From Candidatus Eiseniibacteriota bacterium (GTDB taxonomy: Bacteria; Eisenbacteria; RBG-16-71-46), in the NCBI GenBank assembly GCA_963776245.1, contig CAVZLN010000003.1, positions 640,001 through 704,000 on the forward strand: DNA of 64,000 bases, read 5' to 3'. This document shows, one piece after another, positions 49,493 through 57,397 of this stretch (its first letter is position 1; every line of letters starts with the position of its first letter). The translations under genes were made by a program, and so were the position numbers. The notes beneath the pieces are model-generated. The model had not been told where the DNA came from and made no database searches. It saw only the letters and a program-made list of their open reading frames with translations.

Positions 49493-50703
49493 TCATCGGA
49501 CCGTGCACCGTGGTGACCGGTGGCGCCGAGCCCCAGGTGCTCGAGGACGCCGGTGTGCGCATCGTCGGCGCGCACATCGCGCAGGTGGGCCCGGTCTCGA
49601 ACCTGGCGGCGTCCCATCCGAACGACACGCTGTGGCCGGCGCGCGGCCGGGTGCTGATGCCCGGGCTGGTGAACGCGCACACCCATCTCGGTCACCATCT
49701 GGCGCGCGGACTGGGGCTGCGCACGCCCGCGGAGTGGCGGCGCTACGAGCACGCGCTCTCGCCCGAGGATGTGTTCTGGGGCGCCACCGCGGCGCTGGTC
49801 GAGGGCCTGCGCCACGGCGTGACCACGGTGTGCGACTTCCACCGTTCGGGCTCCGCGGTCGATCTGTCGCTGTCCGAGATCCTCTCGGCCGCGCGCAAGA
49901 CCGGCGTGCGCGTGGCGACCTGCTACGGCGTGTCCGAACACGACACGCCGCTCGAGCGCAGCGCGGCGCTCGAGGAGAGCCTGACCTTCGCCGCCGATCT
50001 GCGCCGCCAGCGCGAGGGGCGGCTGCGCGCCACCGTCGGGGTGCAGGCGCACTCGCTGGCCGGCGTGGACGCGCTCCTCGCCGACGCGCTGGAGCGCGCC
50101 GCGGGGGCGCTGCCGGTGCACGTGGACCTGGCGCTCGACCTCACGCCCGCCGAGAAGTGGCGCGCGCAGCGGCGCTGGCAGGCGGGCGAGCAGCCCACGT
50201 TGTGGGCGCACGCCGACACCGCCCCGCGCGGCCTGCTGGCGATCGCGCAGGAGCGCGGCGACGCGCTCGCGACCGTGGGCGCGGCCACCGCGCTCGAGCG
50301 CGAGGCCGAGGTGTCGTGGGGGAGCGATTCGGGCGTCAACGCCCCGCCGCTGCCGGATGCGTCCAATCCGTGGGCCATGGGCGGCCGGCCCGACCTGCAC
50401 TACCGGCGCGTGTTCGTGCGCGGCGCGCGCTGGGCCGAGCGCCACTTCGGCGAGCGCCTCGGCCAGATCGCGCCGGGCGCGCCCGCCGACCTGCTGCTGG
50501 TGGACTACCGCCCGGCCACCGAGTTCTCGTCGCGCACCCTGATCGACCATCTCTGGTCGGGTCTGCTGCGCGCCCCGGTGTCGAGCGTGATGGTGGCCGG
50601 CGAGATCCTGGTCGACAATGGCACCCTCGTCGACGTGGACGAAGGCGAGGTCGCCGCGCGCGCGCGGGCGTGCGCGAAGCGAGTGTGGGAGCGGCTGGGA
50701 TAG
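49489..50703 (+). CDS. Divergent amidohydrolase (SsnA-like)
   Basis: MPGLVNAHTHL, GVTTVCDFH and GAPADL; ATGA-coupled to the upstream gene. Confidence 0.8.
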   Translation: MIIGPCTVVTGGAEPQVLEDAGVRIVGAHIAQVGPVSNLAASHPNDTLWPARGRVLMPGLVNAHTHLGHHLARGLGLRTPAEWRRYEHALSPEDVFWGATAALVEGLRHGVTTVCDFHRSGSAVDLSLSEILSAARKTGVRVATCYGVSEHDTPLERSAALEESLTFAADLRRQREGRLRATVGVQAHSLAGVDALLADALERAAGALPVHVDLALDLTPAEKWRAQRRWQAGEQPTLWAHADTAPRGLLAIAQERGDALATVGAATALEREAEVSWGSDSGVNAPPLPDASNPWAMGGRPDLHYRRVFVRGARWAERHFGERLGQIAPGAPADLLLVDYRPATEFSSRTLIDHLWSGLLRAPVSSVMVAGEILVDNGTLVDVDEGEVAARARACAKRVWERLG

Positions 50704-50767
50704 CGAGACGCCGCGGCGGTTCCGGCAGGCGGGGCCGTGCTACCCTGCGCGTCCGGAGGGTCCGCCC

Positions 50768-51550
50768 ATGGAACTGCGCCTGTACCAGGTCGATGCGTTC
50801 GCATCCGAGGTGTTCCGCGGCAACCCGGCGGCGGTGATGCCGCTGGCGGAGTGGCTCCCGGACGGCGTGATGCAGTCGATCGCGGCGGAGAACAACCTCT
50901 CCGAGACCGCGTTCCTGGTCGCGAACGGCCCCGACTACGACCTGCGCTGGTTCACGCCCGGGGTCGAGGTGGACCTGTGCGGGCACGCCACCCTGGCGGC
51001 CGCGTTCGTCGTGTTCACCCAGCTCGAGCCGCTGCGCGAGAGCGTGACGTTCCACACCCGCAGCGGGCCGCTCGCGGTGGTGCGCGAGGGCGCGCGGCTG
51101 ACGATGGACTTCCCGGCGCGGCCGCCCGCGGCGTGCGCGGCCCCCGAGGCGCTCCTCCGCGCGCTCGGCCGCGCCCCGGAAGACGTCCTGCGCGCGCGGG
51201 ACTACCTGGCGGTGTTCGAGCGCGAGGAGGACGTGCTCGCGCTCCAGCCCGACTTCAGGGCGATCGCCGCGCTCGACGCGCTCGGGGTGATCGCCACCGC
51301 GCCCGGCACCGGGGGCGTGGACTTCGTGTCGCGCTTCTTCGCCCCCGCCGCGGGCGTGCCCGAGGACCCGGTCACCGGCTCGGCGCATTCCACGCTGGTG
51401 CCGTACTGGTCGCAGCGGCTCGGCAAGCGGAAGCTCCACGCCCGGCAGGTCTCGCGGCGTGGCGGCGAGCTGTTCTGCGAGGACCACGGCGCGCGCGTCA
51501 CCATCGCCGGGCACGCGGTGCCCTACCTCGAAGGCACCGTCCGATTGTGA
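50768..51550 (+). CDS. PhzF family isomerase
   Basis: QVDAF, GNPAAV, NLSETAF, EVDLCGHATL and EDPVTGSAH. Confidence 0.95.
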   Translation: MELRLYQVDAFASEVFRGNPAAVMPLAEWLPDGVMQSIAAENNLSETAFLVANGPDYDLRWFTPGVEVDLCGHATLAAAFVVFTQLEPLRESVTFHTRSGPLAVVREGARLTMDFPARPPAACAAPEALLRALGRAPEDVLRARDYLAVFEREEDVLALQPDFRAIAALDALGVIATAPGTGGVDFVSRFFAPAAGVPEDPVTGSAHSTLVPYWSQRLGKRKLHARQVSRRGGELFCEDHGARVTIAGHAVPYLEGTVRL

Positions 51551-52458
51551 GGAAGACGCTCGGCCTCCTCGCGGGGGTGGCGGTCCTGGTCGCCGGCATC
51601 GCGCTGTTCCGCGGCGCAGGCGGCTGCGCGCCGGCCGACGCGCTGCGCGCCCGCCTCGCCCCGCTCGCCCGCCGCGAGCGCGCGCCGCGCCCCGACCTCG
51701 GCGCGCGGGTGGAGCGCTGGCTCCTGATCGACGCGCGCGGCGACACCACGCGGGCGCTCTGGCGCGCCGCCGCTCCGGGCGCGCGACGGCCGTGGACGGT
51801 GGTGATGCTGGGCGGCATCGGGACCGGCGATCGCGCGGCGCTCCTGTTCCCGGAGGACCTGCCCGTGAACGTGCTCGCGGTGGACTGGCCGTGGCGCGGC
51901 GCACGCCGCATGGGCGGCGCGCGGCTGGTGGCGTCCGCTCCGGCGCTCCGCGCCGCGCTCTTCCGCACGCCGGCCTGTCTCGCGCTCGGGCTCGACGCGG
52001 TCGCCGGCGTGGCGGGCGTGGACACCACGCGCATCGCCCTGCTGGGCGCCAGCCTCGGGGCACCGCCGTCGATCGCGGCGCTGAGCCTGTCGCGGCGGCC
52101 GGCCGCGCTGGTGCTGGTGGACGGCTTCGCCGGGCTCGAGCCCGCGCTGCGCCACGCGATCGCGCGCGAGACCCGCCCGCGCTGGGTCGCGCGCCCGCTC
52201 GCCACGCTCGCGGCCGCGCTGCTCGACCCGCTCGAGCCCGCCCGTCACGCCGCGGCGCTGGCACTGCCGGCGCTGGTCATCAACGCCCGGCGCGACGAGC
52301 GCATCCCGCGCGAGTGCGTGCTGCGATTGCACGCGCTGATGCCGCGGGCCACCATCCGCTGGCGCGCCGACACCCACGTGCTGCCCGAGCGCCGCGCGCT
52401 CATCGCCGAGCTCGCGCGCGAGGCGAGCGCCTGGCTCGATTCGCTGCCGGCGCGCTGA
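51547..52458 (+). CDS. Membrane-anchored alpha/beta hydrolase
   Basis: N-terminal hydrophobic anchor, GASLG, DERIP and C-terminal His; GTGA overlap. Confidence 0.7.
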   Translation: MRKTLGLLAGVAVLVAGIALFRGAGGCAPADALRARLAPLARRERAPRPDLGARVERWLLIDARGDTTRALWRAAAPGARRPWTVVMLGGIGTGDRAALLFPEDLPVNVLAVDWPWRGARRMGGARLVASAPALRAALFRTPACLALGLDAVAGVAGVDTTRIALLGASLGAPPSIAALSLSRRPAALVLVDGFAGLEPALRHAIARETRPRWVARPLATLAAALLDPLEPARHAAALALPALVINARRDERIPRECVLRLHALMPRATIRWRADTHVLPERRALIAELAREASAWLDSLPAR

Positions 52459-52579
52459 ACCGCACGGTCCACGCCGCCCGCGCGCGGTTGCACCCTCCGG
52501 GACACCCGCGGCCCGCGGGCTCATGACCCGCCGCGGTCAAGCCGCTGCGCACCAACACCTCGCGGCGCGGTGCCGCGCC

Positions 52580-52595
52580 CGGCACGCCGGCTGCT
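52580..52595 (+). promoter_or_regulatory. sigma54-type promoter
   Basis: CGGCACGCCGGCTGCT, 63 nt before the ATG. Confidence 0.55.
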
Positions 52596-52657
52596 CTCCT
52601 TCTCCGGCGTCGTCCCCGACATCGCTCCCGACCCGAAGCACCCGATGGAGGATCACC

Positions 52658-52981
52658 ATGAAGCGCATGCTCGTCATCCTCGTGCTCGCCGCGATCGCCG
52701 CCGGATCCGCCACCTCCGCGCTCGCCGGCACCGTCCGCCAGGAGCGCCGCGAGGCGCGCCAGACCGCGCGCATCGCCCAGGGGGCGCGGTGCGGCCAGCT
52801 GACGCGCGGCGAGACCGCGCGCCTGCTCCGCGGCCAGGCGCGCGTGGACCGGATGGAGGCGCGCGCGCTGGCGAACGACGGCCGCATCGGACCGCGCGAG
52901 CGCGCCCGCATCGAGCGCGCCCAGGACCGGCAGAGCCGCGTCATCCACCGCCTGCGTCACAACCGCCGCGGCGCGCGCTGA
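52658..52981 (+). CDS. Small secreted basic helical protein
   Basis: Signal peptide, RQ..RI.QG...GQLT..E..RL and DGRI...ER pattern; GGAGG RBS. Confidence 0.8.
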   Translation: MKRMLVILVLAAIAAGSATSALAGTVRQERREARQTARIAQGARCGQLTRGETARLLRGQARVDRMEARALANDGRIGPRERARIERAQDRQSRVIHRLRHNRRGAR

Positions 52982-53009
52982 GCACCGCGCGCCGCGCCCG
53001 GCCGGGTCG

Positions 53010-54347
53010 TCAGCGGCGTCGCGATCCGGGCGCGCGCGTGTACGAGACGCTCAGGCGCGCGCCGTCGCCGCCCGGGCCGAGCGGCCAGGCGAGGTCCACG
53101 CGCAGCAGATCCAGGGGCGAGGGGATCCCGGGCTGGTAGAGCAGCGACACGCCCGCTTCCGCCAGCCCGTCCGCCGCGCGCGGCCAGTCGACGCCGGGTC
53201 GCGCGCGGCCGGTGTACGGATCGAGCCCCCACACCGCGCCCGCTCCGGCGAACACGCCCGCCTGCAGCGGCAGCGCCCCCGGGTGCGGGAGGCGCGCGGC
53301 CGCGAGCACGTCGAACGTGGTGACGAGGTCGAGCCGCGCGAGCGCCAGGCCGGTGCCCCCGCGCGCGGCGCCGGCGAGCGAACGCAGCGAGCCCGCGCCG
53401 CCGAGGAAGAACGCGGCCTGCGGCACCGGTTGTCCCGACAGCCGGCCGTACACCAGTTGCGGCACCGCGGCGAGCCGCCGTCCGAGCCCCACGTCTCCGG
53501 TCAGGGCGACGCGCGTGCGCCGGTACTCGAAGTCGCTGTTCAGCGCCGCGCCGGAGGTGAGGTGGGTGACGTCGAGCTCGAGCGGGGTCCCGGGGAGGTG
53601 GGCGCCGGCCGAGAGCCGCAGCTCGCGCGCGCGGCCGCGCCAGGCGGGCAGGTTGTCGGGCACCAGCAGATCGGAGTGCGTCAGGTTCCAGGTGGTCGTC
53701 ACCGCGAGCGGGCGCTCCAGCTGGTCGCGATACCCGATGCCGGCACGCCAGGCCGTGCGCTCGTGGTCGAGACCGGCCTCGAGCCCGTCGCGCCGCAGCA
53801 ACCGCCGCGCGTCCTGGCCGGAGATCAGCGCGCGCAGCGTGGCGAGCCGGCCGCCGCCGTCGCGATCCATGCCGTCGGCGTAGCGGTGAGCGCCCACGGT
53901 GAGCCGCAGCGGCCGCTCGCGCAGCGGGCGCGCGAGCGTCACGCTGCCGCCCCCGAGCCAGGTGTCCGAGCCGGTGGCGTGGCGCAGGCGAGCTTCGAGG
54001 CGCGCGCCGCCGCGCTCGCGGCCGAGGGCGGCGCCGGCGCCCCACGAAGCGCCATCCACGCGGTCGAAGCGGAGGTCCGGCCAGTACGACAGCCGGAGGC
54101 GATGGCGCGCCGCGGCCGGACGAGCGAGCCCGGAGACCAGCGCGCTGTCGAGGCCGGCGGTGTCGAGCGGCGCCGCGGTGACGCCGAAGTACCGGTCGGT
54201 CGAGTCGGCGAGCCCGCCGAGGAAGCGCGTCAGCGCGCTGTCGGGCTCGGTGCGCTGCGCGCGCGCGACCGCGGGCGCGACGGCGGCGCCGGCGAGCGCG
54301 AGCGCGGCGAGGGCGGCGCGGCCGAGGCGGGAGGCGGACGCGCTCAT
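53010..54347 (-). CDS. Predicted outer-membrane beta-barrel protein
   Basis: Signal peptide, FDRVDG, LGGAGSLRS, and terminal RVDLAWPL...RLSVSY strands. Confidence 0.65.
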   Translation of the reverse strand: MSASASRLGRAALAALALAGAAVAPAVARAQRTEPDSALTRFLGGLADSTDRYFGVTAAPLDTAGLDSALVSGLARPAAARHRLRLSYWPDLRFDRVDGASWGAGAALGRERGGARLEARLRHATGSDTWLGGGSVTLARPLRERPLRLTVGAHRYADGMDRDGGGRLATLRALISGQDARRLLRRDGLEAGLDHERTAWRAGIGYRDQLERPLAVTTTWNLTHSDLLVPDNLPAWRGRARELRLSAGAHLPGTPLELDVTHLTSGAALNSDFEYRRTRVALTGDVGLGRRLAAVPQLVYGRLSGQPVPQAAFFLGGAGSLRSLAGAARGGTGLALARLDLVTTFDVLAAARLPHPGALPLQAGVFAGAGAVWGLDPYTGRARPGVDWPRAADGLAEAGVSLLYQPGIPSPLDLLRVDLAWPLGPGGDGARLSVSYTRAPGSRRR

Positions 54348-55192
54348 CGGGCCTCCCCGGCGGCACGCGGGTGCCGGGTGTCGGCGAACAGCGAGTCGGC
54401 GAGCCCGCGGTTGATGGCGTAGTCGTCGAACGCGATCGCGAAGTCGAAGCTGCGTCCGAGCCCGGGGATCGGCAGGGTGGCGTCGGCGCGCAGCAGCACG
54501 CGGCGCAGCACCCAAAAGCCGTCCGCGCGACCGCGCTCGACCACCATGCGGCGCACCCCGCGCAGGAACAGCGGCACCGGCGAGCGCTCGAACGACACCT
54601 CCTGGCGGACGATGACGAACTCGTTGGTGTCCACCCACACCAGGCCGCTGGGGGTCGTGGGGTCGAGGCGCGAGCGCGGCTCGAACGCGATGCGATAGAT
54701 CAGGCGCGGTCCCGGCAGCACCTCACGGCCGACGATGCGGTAGCGGAAGTCGCGCCGCGCCGCCGGATGGAACGCGAAGTTCACGATGTCCTCGCCCATC
54801 GAAGGCCCGACCTCGAGGTCGGCCTCGGCCTTCGCGCCCTCGCCCCTCTTGGCGCGCCAGTCGCGCAGCACCACGCTGCGGGACCGGCCGGGGCGCTGCT
54901 TCCACACCTGCAGCACGGTCTCGCTCTGGAGCGCGGGCGGCTTCCGCGGGTCCCCGGCATCCCGCACCAGGCGCACCGTGACGCGGAACCGCTGGTCGGT
55001 GAGGAGCGACTCGCGCCGGGCCTCGCCGCGCGCCACGCGGTCGAGGATCTCGTCGAGGGTGACGCGGGGCGCGCGCACCAGCACCTCGGGCACCTCGGTG
55101 TGGAGCGTGTCCTCGCGCGCCAGCGTGGGCCCGCTGGAGGCGGGTGGGGCCGAGAGCGCGACGGCGGCGAGCAGGGGCAGGAACAGGTTCAT
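54344..55192 (-). CDS. Secreted hypothetical protein
   Basis: Signal peptide, VPEVLVRA and YRIAFEPR...GLVWVDT; ATGA-coupled to the barrel gene. Confidence 0.7.
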   Translation of the reverse strand: MNLFLPLLAAVALSAPPASSGPTLAREDTLHTEVPEVLVRAPRVTLDEILDRVARGEARRESLLTDQRFRVTVRLVRDAGDPRKPPALQSETVLQVWKQRPGRSRSVVLRDWRAKRGEGAKAEADLEVGPSMGEDIVNFAFHPAARRDFRYRIVGREVLPGPRLIYRIAFEPRSRLDPTTPSGLVWVDTNEFVIVRQEVSFERSPVPLFLRGVRRMVVERGRADGFWVLRRVLLRADATLPIPGLGRSFDFAIAFDDYAINRGLADSLFADTRHPRAAGEAR

Positions 55193-55337
55193 GGTCCCTC
55201 GCGGAGGCGCGGCATGGTAGCCCGCGGTGAAGCGCGCCCGCAACACCGTGCGACCGCGCGGCCACACCCGTCCGCGCCTCCTCATGTGTCGGCGCCACAT
55301 GGCGGTATCCTGCCGGAGTGGAACGCAAGGAGCGGTC

Positions 55338-55353
55338 CGGCACGGGGCGTGCG
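55338..55353 (+). promoter_or_regulatory. sigma54-type promoter
   Basis: CGGCACGGGGCGTGCG, 63 nt before the GTG. Confidence 0.5.
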
Positions 55354-55415
55354 TGGGAGCATGTCCGTCCGCGACATCCAGAGTCGATTCACCCTTCAGT
55401 CCTAAGGAGGATCCC

Positions 55416-56246
55416 GTGAACCGTCGTCCCGTCACCGCTGCCGTCCTCGCGGCGGCCCTGCTGTTGCCGGGGATGGCCCTCGCGAGCCCGCCCCCGGCGG
55501 AGTCCGTTGCCCGCTCGCTCGCCGGGGATGCCCTCACGATCCCCGCGCAGATCGCGTCCAACAGCTTCGCGCTCGCGGCCACCTTCCTCCCCGGCGCCGA
55601 GGACCGCTACGCGTCGGTGCGCTACCGTCCGCGCTCCCGCGGCGACCGCTACGATCGCTACGATCGCGGCCCGCGGGTGGCGAACCCGGTGCAGTTCCAC
55701 CTCGGATTCTTCGATCCCGAGGGCGACGCGGGCAACGCCTTCGTCGCGGGCCTGCGCGGCGGCCCCCAGGTGGACAAGCACATCCAGGTGGGTGCCGGCA
55801 TCGACTGGATCCACAAGACCGAGAACAGCGCCGCCATCCTCTCGGAGAGCGCAGGCCCGAGCGGCACCACCATCACCACGCAGCAGCAGCTGAGCGAGTC
55901 GTCGTCCGACCTGTTCCCGCTGATGGCCTTCGTGCAGGTGAACGCCGACGAGAGCCTGCCGGTGATGCCCTACGTCGGGCTCGCGGGCGGCTACCAGGTG
56001 CTCTACCTGTCGGCCACCGACTACCTGACCCGCGAGGCCTTCGACGGCACCTTCGGCGGCTGGGCGTGGCAGGCGTGGGGGGGCGTGGCGCTGCCGCTGT
56101 CCGGCCAGTCCCGCCTCAACGCCGAGTTGTTCGTGAACAACGGCGAGGCCAGCCGTGACACCGATGGCCCGCTCGGCATCACCTACCACGAGACCGTGAG
56201 CCTCGACGGCGTGGGCGGGCGCATCGGCCTGAGCTGGGGGTTCTGA
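55416..56246 (+). CDS. Outer-membrane beta-barrel protein
   Basis: GTG after AAGGAGG; signal peptide, PYVGLAGG, and C-terminal GRIGLSWGF BAM-type signal. Confidence 0.8.
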   Translation: MNRRPVTAAVLAAALLLPGMALASPPPAESVARSLAGDALTIPAQIASNSFALAATFLPGAEDRYASVRYRPRSRGDRYDRYDRGPRVANPVQFHLGFFDPEGDAGNAFVAGLRGGPQVDKHIQVGAGIDWIHKTENSAAILSESAGPSGTTITTQQQLSESSSDLFPLMAFVQVNADESLPVMPYVGLAGGYQVLYLSATDYLTREAFDGTFGGWAWQAWGGVALPLSGQSRLNAELFVNNGEASRDTDGPLGITYHETVSLDGVGGRIGLSWGF

Positions 56247-56435
56247 AGCGATCGATCACCCGGAAGGTCGCCGGCATGCACCTCACGGCGATCCGGCGCC
56301 GGCTCCGCCGTACGCGGGGCCGGCGCTTCCGTTCGCGCCCTCGAGCGAGCCCGTACGACGCGGCCGGGCCCCATTCGGCCGGGCCCTTGCCGGACCTTGC
56401 CGCGGTCCGCGCGCTGGCCTACGCTCGCGCACGTC

Positions 56436-57365
56436 ATGGCACGCAAGCCTCCCCGCCGCCGTCGTGAGTCCGAGCCGCGTCCGCGCGTGCCGGGCTCCAA
56501 GCGTCCGCGCGCCGCGCCCGGCCAGGGCCGCACGCAGGCGCGTTCCGCGGCGCACGCGGCCAACCCCGGCGGGGCGGGCACCGCGCACGGCGCGCGGGCG
56601 CCGAAGCCGCCCGGCAGCGCGGCGGTGCGGCGCGCCAGCGCCCGGCGCGCGCGGGCCCGCCCCGCGCCGGCGGCGGCGAAGCCCGCGCGGGTTCGGGCGA
56701 CGGCGGCGCGCGCGCGCTTCGCGCCCCCCGCGCCCGCGCGCGTGGCGGCGCTGCTCGAGCTGCTCGAGCGGCTCTACCCCGAGGCGAGATGCGCGCTCGA
56801 CTTCGAGACGCCGCTCCACCTGCTGATCGCCACCATCCTGTCGGCGCAGTGCACCGACGAGCGCGTCAATCGGACCACGCCGGCGCTGTTCGCTCGCTAC
56901 CCCGACGCGCCCGCGTTCGCCGCCGCCGATCCGGCCGAGCTCGAAGAGCTGGTCCGCTCCACCGGGTTCTTCCGCATGAAGGCGAAGGCGATCCGGTCGT
57001 GCTGCGCCGACATCGTGGCGAAGCACGGCGGCCTGGTGCCGCGCACCATGGACGAGCTCACCGCGCTGCGCGGCGTGGGTCGCAAGACCGCGAACGTCGT
57101 GCTCGGGAACGCCTACGGGATCCCGGGGCTGGTGGTGGACACGCACGTCACCCGGCTCGCGCACCGGCTCTCGCTCACCCGCGAGCGCGACCCGGTCCGC
57201 ATCGAGTTCGCGCTCCAGCCGCTGGTGCCGCAGCCGAATTGGACCCTGTTCTCGCACTGGCTCATCCTGCACGGCCGTCGCGTGTGCGTCGCGCGCAAGC
57301 CGCGCTGCTCCGTCTGTCCGCTCGTCCCTCATTGTCCCCGCCTCGGCGTGACCGCCTCGCAGTAG
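56436..57365 (+). CDS. nth: Endonuclease III with a basic N-terminal extension
   Basis: LSAQCTD, HhH motif LRGVGRKTANVV, VDTHV and the C-X6-C-X2-C-X5-C 4Fe-4S motif. Confidence 0.95.
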   Translation: MARKPPRRRRESEPRPRVPGSKRPRAAPGQGRTQARSAAHAANPGGAGTAHGARAPKPPGSAAVRRASARRARARPAPAAAKPARVRATAARARFAPPAPARVAALLELLERLYPEARCALDFETPLHLLIATILSAQCTDERVNRTTPALFARYPDAPAFAAADPAELEELVRSTGFFRMKAKAIRSCCADIVAKHGGLVPRTMDELTALRGVGRKTANVVLGNAYGIPGLVVDTHVTRLAHRLSLTRERDPVRIEFALQPLVPQPNWTLFSHWLILHGRRVCVARKPRCSVCPLVPHCPRLGVTASQ

Positions 57366-57397
57366 GCGCGCGGCCGCCGCGGACCGAGGTCCGCCCC

